A DNA stretch of 32,000 nt from Lysobacteraceae bacterium (GTDB taxonomy: Bacteria; Bdellovibrionota; UBA1018; JAGTJX01), in contig JAGTJX010000002.1 in assembly GCA_023657465.1 (NCBI GenBank), forward strand, positions 304,136-336,135, written 5' to 3'. The translations under genes were made by a program, and so were the position numbers. The notes beneath the pieces are model-generated. The model had not been told where the DNA came from, searched no databases, and was given only the letters and a program-made list of their open reading frames with translations. Positions 1-9,492 of this stretch are shown in pieces; the first letter of the stretch is position 1, and each line of letters opens with the position of its first letter.

Positions 1-1
1 A

Positions 2-1837
2 GACTACAAGCGTGAATACGCAGAGAGCGTCAGCGATCCAGAAGGATATTGGGCTAAGCAGGGAGAAGACTTCGTTTGGAATCGGAAGTGGGACAAGGTT
101 CTAGAGTGGGATTACCAGAAACCCGAATTCAAATGGTTCATAGGTGCCAAGCTCAACATCACTGAGAATGCTCTCGATCGACATTTGAAGACTCGCGGTG
201 ACCAAGTCGCACTTATCTGGGAAGCAAATGATCCCCAGGAAAAATCCAAGAAATATACTTACAATGAGTTACACATAGAAGTTTGCAAAGCTGCAAACAT
301 GCTGCGTACTCGAGGAGTCAAGAAAGGCGACCGTGTTTGCATCTACATGCCAATGGTTCCTGAGCTTACTTTTGCAGTACTTGCCTGTGCGCGCATAGGT
401 GCTGTTCACTCCGTAATCTTCGCAGGATTCTCTGCAGGATCTATCGTTGATCGGATCAATGATTGTGGAGCAGTAGCAGTTCTCACCGCTGATGGTGGAT
501 ATCGTGGAGATAAAACGATTCCACTACTTTCGGTCGTGAATGAGGCTCTTGAGAAATGCCCGACTGTCAGATCTGTCACTGTTTTGAATCGCATACGTAT
601 GGAATCAACTCTTAAACCAGGATTCCATTTCGACTGGAGCACAGAGATTGCAAAACAAAAATCTGAGTGCTCTCCAGAAGTGATGAACGCAGAAGATCCA
701 CTCTTCATTCTCTACACTTCAGGCTCCACGGGGAAACCTAAAGGCATGGTGCATACTACTGCGGGCTACATGGTCTATACCAATACAACTTTCAGGACAG
801 TGTTTCAATACCGCGCGGGGGAAGTTTACTTCTGCACAGCTGATATCGGCTGGATCACGGGTCATTCGTATCTTCTCTATGGGCCACTCACCGCAGCTGC
901 GACGACGCTCATGTTTGAAGGAGTGCCGACTTATCCAGACAGAGGAAGATTTTGGGAAATCATCGAGAAGCATCAAGTAAATATTTTCTACACAGCTCCG
1001 ACTGCGATTCGGTCACTTCAGCAGTTTCCACTTGAACTCGTCAAGCGTTCAAATCTCTTATCACTGAGAGTTCTAGGGTCAGTGGGCGAGCCCATCAACG
1101 AAGAAGCATGGAACTGGTACTCGCACGAAATCGGTGGAGATCGATGTCCCGTCATCGATACTTGGTGGCAGACAGAGACGGGCGGATTCATGATCTCACC
1201 TATTGCTGGAGTAACGAAGCTCAAGCCATCATTCGCAGGTCTTCCGCTCCCAGGTGTACAGCCTGAGATCATGGATGGAGATAAGCTTGCGATCAAATTC
1301 CCTTGGCCTGGGCAAGCACGCACCATCTACGGCAATCACAAGAGATTCCGTGAGACGTACTTCAGCGCTTTCCCAGGAAAGTATTTTACTGGTGATGGAT
1401 GCAAGCGAGACAGTGATGGCTTCTACCGGATCACAGGCCGAGTGGACGACATCGTGATCGTGTCAGGACATAATCTCGGCACTGCAGAGATTGAGAGTGC
1501 GATCAATGAGCATTCTCAAGTCATAGAGAGCGCAGTCGTAGGTTATCCTCACGATATCAAGGGAAATGCTCTGTATGCGTACGTGATCTGCTATGAGATG
1601 CCGCGCGAACCTGAGAAACTTCGTGCTGAGATTCAAGCTACAGTTTCCAAGATCATTGGGTCAATCGCTAAGCCAGATAAGATTCAGTTTGTTCCAGGAT
1701 TACCTAAGACTCGTTCGGGTAAGATCATGCGTAGGATTCTCCGCAAGATTGCAGAAGGTGATACTTCAAATTTAGGGGATACGAGCACGCTACTTGATCC
1801 AGGAGTAGTCGAATTAATTAAGAACGATAAGATTTAA
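2..1837 (+). CDS. acs: Acetyl-CoA synthetase, partial (5' end outside the window)
   Basis: The reading frame is open from base 2 (DYKREYAESVSDPEGYWAKQGEDFVWNRKWDKV...WFIGAKLNITENALDRHL). ANL-family motifs are present: YTSGSTGKPKG, WWQTETGG, YFTGDGCKRDSDGFYRITGRVDDIV, RSGKIMRR. The track start at 185 is only an internal TTG. Confidence 0.96.
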   Translation, partial: DYKREYAESVSDPEGYWAKQGEDFVWNRKWDKVLEWDYQKPEFKWFIGAKLNITENALDRHLKTRGDQVALIWEANDPQEKSKKYTYNELHIEVCKAANMLRTRGVKKGDRVCIYMPMVPELTFAVLACARIGAVHSVIFAGFSAGSIVDRINDCGAVAVLTADGGYRGDKTIPLLSVVNEALEKCPTVRSVTVLNRIRMESTLKPGFHFDWSTEIAKQKSECSPEVMNAEDPLFILYTSGSTGKPKGMVHTTAGYMVYTNTTFRTVFQYRAGEVYFCTADIGWITGHSYLLYGPLTAAATTLMFEGVPTYPDRGRFWEIIEKHQVNIFYTAPTAIRSLQQFPLELVKRSNLLSLRVLGSVGEPINEEAWNWYSHEIGGDRCPVIDTWWQTETGGFMISPIAGVTKLKPSFAGLPLPGVQPEIMDGDKLAIKFPWPGQARTIYGNHKRFRETYFSAFPGKYFTGDGCKRDSDGFYRITGRVDDIVIVSGHNLGTAEIESAINEHSQVIESAVVGYPHDIKGNALYAYVICYEMPREPEKLRAEIQATVSKIIGSIAKPDKIQFVPGLPKTRSGKIMRRILRKIAEGDTSNLGDTSTLLDPGVVELIKNDKI

Positions 1838-1839
1838 AA

Positions 1840-2664
1840 TTACTTCTTATTCTTTTTCTCTTCATCAGCTTCCTTGTTGTCGTTATCCTTAATGGTCTGA
1901 CGAACAAGATTACGCATGATGCGGTTACGATTCACACCACCGACGAGTGACTTCACATCATCATAAAGTGATGCATCGTTCACGAGAGCGCCGAGAGTAC
2001 CGGTACCGTTATTGATCTTCTCTAATATTCCATTGAGGTTCTTCACTGAAGATTTGAGCTTAATACCTTCCATCTCTTTGTTGAGGTGATCCGTCATCGT
2101 AGACATGTTTCTAGAAGTCTGTGCGAGACTCTCAAACAGAATATCTGCGCGGTTGTTCTTCTGAAGTGAAGCCATGACCTTATCGAGATTCGATGCAATA
2201 GAGTTCAGGCTCGCCATGAGCTTCTCGCCGTCGTTGAGGAACTTGCCGATGCCGCCGCCTTCACTGGTGGGAATCTCAGCGCCTGCTTCAAGTTCTGGGT
2301 CCTTATTAAGACCTGGAGTCAGTGAAACGTACTTATCACCGAGTACGCCTTGGGTTTGAACTTCTGCGTGAGTGCCTTTACGGATGCGATCTTGAAATTT
2401 TGTATTGATGTCGTAGCTGATTTTAACTTTTGGGTTATCGTTTTCGAATTCTATTTTTGCAATCGTTCCGACTTGAATCCCTGAGAGCACCACTTTGGCT
2501 CCAGGAGTGATACCATCGACGCTTTCAAAGTAAGAATGGTAGGTTGCAACTTGAGAGAAGATACTGGTCGCTCCACCGAGGAAAATCACAGCCGCCATGA
2601 AGAGGCCAAGCCCCACAGCAACGAATACTCCCACTTTTAATTCACTCTCAACCTTTGTTTGCAT
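1840..2664 (-). CDS. mlaD: MCE-domain / MlaD-like substrate-binding protein of a lipid-transport ABC system
   Basis: N-terminal TM segment followed by a typical MCE core (YFESVDGITPGAKVVLSGIQVGTIAKIEF ... GVLGDKYVSLTPG). Adjacent to the ATPase and permease genes. Confidence 0.85.
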   Translation of the reverse strand: MQTKVESELKVGVFVAVGLGLFMAAVIFLGGATSIFSQVATYHSYFESVDGITPGAKVVLSGIQVGTIAKIEFENDNPKVKISYDINTKFQDRIRKGTHAEVQTQGVLGDKYVSLTPGLNKDPELEAGAEIPTSEGGGIGKFLNDGEKLMASLNSIASNLDKVMASLQKNNRADILFESLAQTSRNMSTMTDHLNKEMEGIKLKSSVKNLNGILEKINNGTGTLGALVNDASLYDDVKSLVGGVNRNRIMRNLVRQTIKDNDNKEADEEKKNKK

Positions 2665-3397
2665 GACTTTCAGCTCCTAAGAAGGATTTAACTAACGGAT
2701 CGGAAGAATTCTGCAAATTCTGAACAGTATCAATCACATGGATTTTGCCTTGGTTCAGAATCGCAATTCTCTCAGAAATTTGAACAGCTGCAGGAATATC
2801 GTGGGTGACGAAGATGCCAGTCATTCCACGTTCTTTCAATTTTTTGACGTTATCGAGTAATCTCTGAGTGTTCATTGGATCTAAACCCGCAGTAGGTTCA
2901 TCGAACAGAATCACTTCAGGTCCTAGGATGATTGCTCGAGCAAGGCCTGCTCGCTTCTGCATACCGCCTGAGAGCTCAGCAGGTAGAAGGAGATTAGATC
3001 CCTTCATGTCGATGAGTTCTAGCATAGCGTTGACCTTGCTATGGATTTGAGCGTTACTTAACTTTGTGTGTTCTTGTAGAGGGTAGGAGAGGTTTTCTTC
3101 TACTGTAAGAGAGTCAAAGAGTGCTCCATTCTGAAAAACGTAAGCAATTTTCTTTCTCACTTCCATGAGCTTACGCTCACTGAGTGTGGCAAGATCTTGT
3201 CCTTCAAACAAAATCTTACCTGCGTCGGGTTTCTCAAGGCCAATGATCGATCTTAAGATCACGCTCTTACCTGAGCCAGATCCTCCGAAGAGACCTAAGA
3301 CTTCACCCTTACGGAGTTCGAAGCTCACTCCCTTGTGAACGTTCTTTTCACCGAATGATTTTTCTAGTCCTTCGACTCTGAGAGCGATTTCACCCAT
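2648..3397 (-). CDS. mlaF: MlaF-like ABC transporter ATP-binding protein
   Basis: Walker A GGSGSGKS, signature LSGGMQKRAGLARAI, Walker B VILFDEPTAGLDP, H-loop VTHD. Confidence 0.92.
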   Translation of the reverse strand: MGEIALRVEGLEKSFGEKNVHKGVSFELRKGEVLGLFGGSGSGKSVILRSIIGLEKPDAGKILFEGQDLATLSERKLMEVRKKIAYVFQNGALFDSLTVEENLSYPLQEHTKLSNAQIHSKVNAMLELIDMKGSNLLLPAELSGGMQKRAGLARAIILGPEVILFDEPTAGLDPMNTQRLLDNVKKLKERGMTGIFVTHDIPAAVQISERIAILNQGKIHVIDTVQNLQNSSDPLVKSFLGAESHANKG

Positions 3398-4189
3398 TTA
3401 GTTGAACCTCGGATAGACGGTCATGATGAAAATCTTCGTGAGGAAGTAGTCACTTGTCATAATGAAGATACTAGAAGCAACAACAACCCTAGTGGTGGTG
3501 ATACCGACGCCTTGAGTACCGCCATCGGTATTGAGACCTTTCCAGCAAGAAGATACAGCGATGAAAAATGCGAACACCGAGGTCTTGAGCATTCCTGTCC
3601 AGAGATCGTACATGCGAAGAGTATCGTTGGCCTTATTGATGAAGAATTCGTAGTTGATGTTGAATTCGCCACGAGAGACAAGCATCGCACCCCAAAGACC
3701 AATGTAATCCGCAAATAATGTGAGAATGGGTAAAGCAATCATCGCAGCGAGTAACCTGGGAATGACGATACGTTTGATAGGAGAAGTACCGAGAGCTCGA
3801 ATCGCGTCGATCTGTTGTGTGACTTTCATCGAAGCAACTTCAGCTGCGATTCCTGATCCTACACGACCTGCAACGAGCAAACTGGTGAACACTGGGCCCA
3901 TTTCCCTTGCAATGGAGAGTGCAATGATCTTAGGGATGTAGAGAGTGCCTCCAAATTTTGCAAGTCCTGCTCCGAATTGCAGAGCCATCACTGATCCTGT
4001 TGCAAACCCAGTGACAGCTACTAAGAAGAAAGACTGTACACCGATTGAGTAGATTTGCATGACGGTGAGTCTGAAGTAGTAAGGAGGATAGAAGAATTCT
4101 CGGATGATTTGGCCACAGAGACTTCCGAATCCACCTAAGAAGAACAAGAAACTATGAGCTCTCTTAATGGTTTTTTGGAAGATATTCAT
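3398..4189 (-). CDS. mlaE: MlaE-family ABC transporter permease
   Basis: Characteristic MlaE segments: REMGPVFTSLLVAGRVGSGIAAEVASMKVTQQIDAIRALGTSPIKRIVIPRLLA and GGTQGVGITTTRVVVASS. Confidence 0.92.
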   Translation of the reverse strand: MNIFQKTIKRAHSFLFFLGGFGSLCGQIIREFFYPPYYFRLTVMQIYSIGVQSFFLVAVTGFATGSVMALQFGAGLAKFGGTLYIPKIIALSIAREMGPVFTSLLVAGRVGSGIAAEVASMKVTQQIDAIRALGTSPIKRIVIPRLLAAMIALPILTLFADYIGLWGAMLVSRGEFNINYEFFINKANDTLRMYDLWTGMLKTSVFAFFIAVSSCWKGLNTDGGTQGVGITTTRVVVASSIFIMTSDYFLTKIFIMTVYPRFN

Positions 4190-4752
4190 CTGAGTGTGAG
4201 TGATTCGCTAAAACGCTTAAAAACAGCTTCTTGTGTTTTGAAAAATTGTGGGCGAGCGACGTAGAGTAGATCGTAGAGACAATTATCGTTCTTAAATACG
4301 ATTGCTCTCAACATGACAGGTTCATTATTGAGTTTGCCTCTGACAGTCGTCTGAAGCGCAGGAACTCCTCGTTTAATCATGAGAGTTTCTTTTTCTTCTT
4401 TGTAATCGATGTTTGATAATCCCAAGAAGAGTGACTTTGTGTATGAACTCAGAGATTGAGATCTCAGTCTGAGAGAATCTCTACACGTAGAGTTCAGAGT
4501 GATTGTTGAGGCTGTCTTCTTAGATTGAAAACTCACGTCAGTGATAGATCCATCATCTTTAGCATCACTCTCGAGTTGCTGTGGTTGAACGGAATCCACT
4601 CTCGACCAATCGGGGTCTTCGTTAGTGAGATCCAAAATTCCATATGTCTCAGATTTTTCGGCAACAGGTTTCACATTACCGATGAGGATGCCACAAGCAC
4701 TCACGGAAAACAGTACAGCACAAACGCAAATGCGTTGTACGAGGGATGCCAT
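4186..4752 (-). CDS. Putative lipoprotein of unknown function, first gene of the mla-like unit
   Basis: 188-aa ORF with a signal peptide and lipobox (LFSVSAC). ATGA-type 4-nt overlap with mlaE. No clear Shine-Dalgarno precedes the annotated ATG, so the start is uncertain. Confidence 0.7.
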   Translation of the reverse strand: MASLVQRICVCAVLFSVSACGILIGNVKPVAEKSETYGILDLTNEDPDWSRVDSVQPQQLESDAKDDGSITDVSFQSKKTASTITLNSTCRDSLRLRSQSLSSYTKSLFLGLSNIDYKEEKETLMIKRGVPALQTTVRGKLNNEPVMLRAIVFKNDNCLYDLLYVARPQFFKTQEAVFKRFSESLTLR

Positions 4753-4808
4753 ATACTTATAGATGTTAGGTGAGAGTGAGCGCGAAGTACAGAGCGACCA
4801 TTGGCGTC

Positions 4809-4868
4809 AAAAAAAATTAATTCATGTGAACTCTTTGACGGAAGGGTCAAAAAAAACATCAAAAAAAA
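4809..4868. repeat. Three A8 tracts, each in the context TCAAAAAAAA, in the divergent intergenic region
   Basis: A8 at 4809-4816, 4849-4856 and 4861-4868; start-to-start spacing is 40 and 12 bp. Confidence 0.75.
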
Positions 4869-4885
4869 TCTACTTCTGGACTTTG

Positions 4886-4908
4886 AGATCGCTAGGAGGA
4901 TTCGATCT
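4886..4908. promoter_or_regulatory. Candidate enhancer-binding site (inverted repeat AGATCG-N11-CGATCT)
   Basis: Perfect 6-bp arms at 4886-4891 and 4903-4908. Centre is about 110 bp upstream of the TSS predicted from the sigma54 promoter. Confidence 0.4.
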
Positions 4909-4979
4909 AGAAATTATCTTTATAGGCAATTCAATCACTTAACTCATTTTACCTACAATTTCTTGCCTATTGGAAAATA

Positions 4980-4995
4980 TGGCATCCCCTTTGCT
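4980..4995 (+). promoter_or_regulatory. Sigma54 (RpoN) -24/-12 promoter: TGGCATCCCCTTTGCT
   Basis: Matches TGGCAYR-N4-TTGCW closely, with exact GG/GC spacing. A GAGGAGAA Shine-Dalgarno and the ATG at 5027 follow directly downstream. Confidence 0.85.
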
Positions 4996-5026
4996 ATGAA
5001 TTACTCCTGAGGAGAACTAGAGCAGG

Positions 5027-7615
5027 ATGCTCATCGCGCTTTTCAGTGCAAGTCTCGCAATCGCTTCATCGGTCTTAGAGGTGGAAACCTTAAAGACTCA
5101 TTCACGCGTACGTCTAAAAATTGACGAAACCATCCCTGCCAAAGTCATCGTGAATAAAAAAGGATTTGAAATCACTGTACCTGGTCTAGCGCCTGACGAT
5201 TTAGGACTCCTTGAGGGAGCGATCAAGGCGAGTGACCAAAGATTTGCTGGCTTGACCGTGGCCAGTACTAAGGACTCGACCCGTATCTCTGCTCACTGGA
5301 AGCAAGAGAACATGGAGACCTTCGATTATAGACAGAAGAATCCTCCTTCTCTCGTTTTGGATTTTTGGTCCAAGGGTGGCCTCACCGCAACTCAGCTTCA
5401 GAAACTTGTTAAGTCAAAAAAGAAAAAGAATAAATGGAGTAAGGCCCAAGCAGGGGTTTCGTCACTCATTCAAGAGATTCAGCGCAGAGAAGCTCGACGT
5501 AAAGAAGTCATCGACCCGAATCGTTTCTGCCGTGGAACAAGAGAAGACGAAACTGAGATTTTTCTCACGTTTAAGCCCGCGCACGAAACGATTGATTTTA
5601 CTAAGTGGATGTCAATCACAACTCCGGATCGTGATTATCCTTATTTGAAGCCTGAAGGTAATACAGAAGAAGAAAAAACTGTAAATCTCGCTCATGAACT
5701 CTTCGAAAGAGGAAAGCACGCGTTAGTTCTTAAGGCTATTGAGTTTTTCCAGAAAGACTATCCTCAGTCCAAATATTTAGAAGATATTCTGTTTTTGAAG
5801 GCAAATACCAAGCTTAAACTTGGACTCACGGCTGAAGCAGATCGTGAATTTCAAGATATCATTCTTAGAGCTCCAAAATCATCTCCTGCCTACTTTTCAG
5901 GATTCATGCAAGCGGTAAAGGCATTCTCTAAAGATGAGTATCTCCAGTCATTGGAGAAGTTCATGTGGTTAGTCGAACATTATCCCGATCATCCAAGTAA
6001 TTGGGTTTTCCACCTCGGTGTTGCTGAGAGTCTTTATGCGATCAAGGAAACAGTGAAAGCAGAGCAGGAATACGAATGGATTGAGAAGAATGCACCAGAC
6101 TTGAGAATTCGATCTGAAGCAGCGTTTCGAGTAGGCGATCTGTATATGAATCGTGAACAATACGCTGAAGCTCTCACTGCATACACTCGTGCGATGAGAA
6201 AATATCCTGAATACACCAAGCATGCTCCGATCGTGTTTATCAACCGTGCTGAGTCTCTCTATTGGTTAGGTGAATATAAACAAGCAGCTACAGAGTTCGA
6301 AAGTTATCTGAAGAACCAGGCGTCTCACCCGATGGGATGGAGAGCATCGTTTCGTTTAGGTGAGTTAGCAGATCGATCTCAAGACCCTAAGGTGAGAGAA
6401 CTGGGTCGTAAATGGTACCAGAAGACTATCAATGATTATCCAGTTTCTGCAGGAGCTGCTCTTTCGCGTGCCCGTCTCATGGTATGTGGTGATCACGGCG
6501 GATTCAGCTATGAACTTGCAGAGGTATTCTTCCACGATCAGAGTCAGATCAGAAGAATAGTAAACGAAAGCGCATCAGATGAAGTTCAAGATTTCATCAG
6601 TCTCGCCCGCGCTAGAACGTATCAGTCTCTCGCTCCTTCAGAGCTCACTCTTCAAGCAATTGAAGATGAGCTCAAGAAGCAAATCAAGAGCAAGACGAGA
6701 GATGAACTCAAGGCACTTCTGCTTGTTGCACTTCGGACTGAAGTGGGTAAGTTGCTCGATGCAAACAAAGGTTACCAGGCACTTCAAATCTATAAAAGCT
6801 ACCGTGACTTGCTTCCGTTCAAAACAGATCCAGACCTAGTGGACTTCATGTTGAAACTTGCTCAATCTGCAATTAGTCTTGAACTTCCAACAGTGGCTCA
6901 GATGGTGCTGGGTGATTACCGTGAACGTTGGGGAACTCGCGCTGAGCCTACTCCAGAAATGGCTATGAAGCGTTCAGACGAATACTATACAGAAGCGCAG
7001 TTGATTTGGGATGCTGAAGGATTAGAGTCCGAAGCCAAGACTCGTGAAGCACTCGATAAAATTCCTGAGATTTCAGAATACTACTATCAGAAAACTGTGC
7101 TTCTGGGTCAGATTGAAGAGAAGAAGGCCAATTTCTCTCAGGCGATCATCTACATCAGTAAGGCTCTTGTTCTCTCTAGTGGGAAAAAGGAACAGCCTAT
7201 TCTCCAGTACTGGGCTGCTAAAACTCTCGCGAAGCTTGAAAGATATGGTGCCGCTGCAAAAGCTTACTCAGATGTTCGTTTTACCGAAGAGCCCATCGTA
7301 TTTATGGGATTAGAAGATTTTCCAGATGAAGAAAGACTCATTGAGCTTGCAGCGGAGAACTATGAGAAAGACAAAAACTGGGGAAAAGCTGCTGAATATT
7401 ATGAAAAATTAGCAGCCGCACAAGAGAAGCCTACGAATCGTACTCTCTATCAACTCGCGATGAATGTAGAGAAGACCGATCCGAAAACAACGAAAGTAAA
7501 AGTGAGTCAGCTATTAAAAAAAGTGAGTATTAGTGAAACCAATGATTTTTGGAAAACATTAGCGCTGGAAGCGCTACAGAATCGAACCAAGGAGGGGACA
7601 GGTAATGGAAATTAA
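5027..7615 (+). CDS. Secreted/periplasmic tetratricopeptide-repeat protein, likely flagellum-associated
   Basis: 862 aa with an N-terminal signal peptide ([15 protein letters not shown]), many TPR-like helices (e.g. [56 protein letters not shown]) and a good SD. Confidence 0.85.
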   Translation: MLIALFSASLAIASSVLEVETLKTHSRVRLKIDETIPAKVIVNKKGFEITVPGLAPDDLGLLEGAIKASDQRFAGLTVASTKDSTRISAHWKQENMETFDYRQKNPPSLVLDFWSKGGLTATQLQKLVKSKKKKNKWSKAQAGVSSLIQEIQRREARRKEVIDPNRFCRGTREDETEIFLTFKPAHETIDFTKWMSITTPDRDYPYLKPEGNTEEEKTVNLAHELFERGKHALVLKAIEFFQKDYPQSKYLEDILFLKANTKLKLGLTAEADREFQDIILRAPKSSPAYFSGFMQAVKAFSKDEYLQSLEKFMWLVEHYPDHPSNWVFHLGVAESLYAIKETVKAEQEYEWIEKNAPDLRIRSEAAFRVGDLYMNREQYAEALTAYTRAMRKYPEYTKHAPIVFINRAESLYWLGEYKQAATEFESYLKNQASHPMGWRASFRLGELADRSQDPKVRELGRKWYQKTINDYPVSAGAALSRARLMVCGDHGGFSYELAEVFFHDQSQIRRIVNESASDEVQDFISLARARTYQSLAPSELTLQAIEDELKKQIKSKTRDELKALLLVALRTEVGKLLDANKGYQALQIYKSYRDLLPFKTDPDLVDFMLKLAQSAISLELPTVAQMVLGDYRERWGTRAEPTPEMAMKRSDEYYTEAQLIWDAEGLESEAKTREALDKIPEISEYYYQKTVLLGQIEEKKANFSQAIIYISKALVLSSGKKEQPILQYWAAKTLAKLERYGAAAKAYSDVRFTEEPIVFMGLEDFPDEERLIELAAENYEKDKNWGKAAEYYEKLAAAQEKPTNRTLYQLAMNVEKTDPKTTKVKVSQLLKKVSISETNDFWKTLALEALQNRTKEGTGNGN

Positions 7616-8570
7616 AACAACAGACCACCGATTGATGGAGCTCATTCAACTGGCAAAAACAGTTGCTCAGAGTAAAGCCACTATTCTTATTCAGGGAGAA
7701 AGTGGAACGGGTAAGGAACTTATGGCTAAACTCATCCATGAGAGCAGTACTCGGAATGCGAAGCCATTCATCGCTATCAACTGCGCTGCGATTCCAGAAA
7801 ATTTGCTGGAAAGTGAATTGTTTGGTTACGAAAAAGGTGCCTTCACAGGTGCGATGAATGCAAAGGCAGGAAAGTTTGAGCTCGCTCACGGTGGAACACT
7901 CCTTCTTGATGAAATTTCAGAAATGGACATTCGACTTCAAGCCAAACTTTTAAGGGTCATTCAAGAAGGTGAAGTCGATCGTATCGGTGGACGTAAACCT
8001 ATTGCTGTCGATGTAAGAATCATTGCAACTACAAACCAAAAGTTAGCCGACGTAGTGAAGGCGGATCAATTCCGAGAAGATCTCTATTTCCGTCTGAACG
8101 TCGTTAATTTGACGATCCCTGCTCTTCGAGATCGGGGCGGAGATGTGGAAGCTCTAGCAAAACAATTCGGGAAGGACTTCGCTGATAAGAATGGCAAAGT
8201 ATTCCAGGGTTTCTCTGAAAGTGCGATTCGCATCATTCAGGGTTATAGCTGGCCAGGAAACGTCCGTGAATTGGAGAATGTCATTGAGCGTGCAGTGATC
8301 ACATCGCAAGCTGGAATTATTTCAGATCGCGATATCGTGATTGATCGTCCGAGCTTTCACAATCTGTCCGATAAAATGGAAATGCTTTCCAGCTCACAAG
8401 CAGGTTGGAATCCAGGACAGACACTCGATAAGATCGAGAAGTCAGTCATCTTGGATGCGCTCAAATACCATAACGGAAATCGTACTCATACAGCCAAGGC
8501 GTTAGGTATTTCAATACGCACTTTACGCAACAAATTAGCTGATTATCGTCGTGATGGTTTGAAGGTCTAG
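7605..8570 (+). CDS. Sigma54-dependent transcriptional activator (AAA+ plus Fis-type HTH) without a receiver domain; FlrC/FleR/FlgR-like
   Basis: GESGTGKE Walker [33 protein letters not shown] (GAFTGA loop), [25 protein letters not shown]-terminal [24 protein letters not shown]. Starts directly at the AAA+ domain. Confidence 0.93.
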   Translation: MEIKTTDHRLMELIQLAKTVAQSKATILIQGESGTGKELMAKLIHESSTRNAKPFIAINCAAIPENLLESELFGYEKGAFTGAMNAKAGKFELAHGGTLLLDEISEMDIRLQAKLLRVIQEGEVDRIGGRKPIAVDVRIIATTNQKLADVVKADQFREDLYFRLNVVNLTIPALRDRGGDVEALAKQFGKDFADKNGKVFQGFSESAIRIIQGYSWPGNVRELENVIERAVITSQAGIISDRDIVIDRPSFHNLSDKMEMLSSSQAGWNPGQTLDKIEKSVILDALKYHNGNRTHTAKALGISIRTLRNKLADYRRDGLKV

Positions 8571-8632
8571 TTTCAAGCTGGGCAAAATATACCTGGATGG
8601 ATTTTTGAAACCGAGTGTTATTCTGGAGGTGT

Positions 8633-9049
8633 ATGGGTAACGGTATTTTCGACAACACTATTGGAGCTTTAAACACGTCGCTCAACTTGCGTCAGATGAA
8701 TCAGAACGTGATCTCATCTAACATCGCAAACGCTGACACGCCTGGGTTTAAATCCAAGGCAATGGATTTTGAAAATGCGATGCGTACAGCGATGGGCATA
8801 GGCGATCAACTCAAAATGCAAGCATCGAATCCGAATCATATCATTCCACAAGAACAAGATCCCATTCATCCTGAAATTTTCGATGATCCAAATGGAGTAG
8901 AATCTCTCGACGGGAATACTGTTGAGCGATCTGCAGAAATGGCAAAACTCTCTGAAAACCAGCTGCTTTATGATGCGTCTATCGAAATGCTAAAAAAGAA
9001 ACTAGGAATGCTCAAGTACGCAATCAATGAAGGCGGAGGTAACAGATAA
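8633..9049 (+). CDS. flgB: Flagellar basal-body rod protein FlgB
   Basis: GIFDNTIGALNTSLNLRQMNQNVISSNIANADTPGFKSK. The ATG at 8633 has a GGAGG just upstream and is preferred to the track start at 8615. Confidence 0.95.
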   Translation: MGNGIFDNTIGALNTSLNLRQMNQNVISSNIANADTPGFKSKAMDFENAMRTAMGIGDQLKMQASNPNHIIPQEQDPIHPEIFDDPNGVESLDGNTVERSAEMAKLSENQLLYDASIEMLKKKLGMLKYAINEGGGNR

Positions 9050-9486
9050 TGGATTTTTTCTCATCCATGAAAGTGAGTGCTTCGGGGCTTGATGCGCAAA
9101 TGAAGCGCATGAATACGATCTCAAGCAACATTGCAAACGCAGAGACAACAAGTACTGATGAAGGTGGTCCGTACAAACGCCAAGATCCTATTTTTGCTGC
9201 AGAAACCAACCGCGAAACGTTTGGGGAGATTCTTAAAGATGCGATGGATGAAAATGTTCAAGGTGTTCGAGTCGTTGACGTACTTCGTGATCCTTCTCCT
9301 CCTCGGATGGTTTTTAACCCAAATCATCCGCATGCGAATGAAGAAGGCTATGTAGCTATGCCGAATGTGAATCAGATTAACGAAATGGCAAACATGATTA
9401 GCGCCACTCGTTCTTATGAAGCCAACGTGACGACGCTCAATGCGGCGAAACAAATGGCACAAAAAGCATTAGAGATTGGAAGGTAG
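9049..9486 (+). CDS. flgC: Flagellar basal-body rod protein FlgC
   Basis: FFSSMKVSASGLDAQMKRMNTISSNIANAET ... GYVAMPNVNQINEMANMISATRSYEANVTTLNAAKQMAQKALEIGR. Overlaps the flgB stop. Confidence 0.96.
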   Translation: MDFFSSMKVSASGLDAQMKRMNTISSNIANAETTSTDEGGPYKRQDPIFAAETNRETFGEILKDAMDENVQGVRVVDVLRDPSPPRMVFNPNHPHANEEGYVAMPNVNQINEMANMISATRSYEANVTTLNAAKQMAQKALEIGR

Positions 9487-9492
9487 ATTTAG

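Noticed and set aside
406-1326. Antisense ORFs opposite acs (and similar shadow ORFs opposite flgB, fliG, fliI, flgE, flhA and others)
   Set aside because: They lie entirely opposite well-supported conserved genes and have no recognisable protein motifs; typical shadow ORFs.
4801-5010. 69-aa ORF in the divergent intergenic region
   Set aside because: It begins with TTG, lacks a clear SD, contains A-tract-encoded Lys runs and overlaps the inverted repeat and sigma54 promoter. It is better explained as noncoding regulatory DNA.
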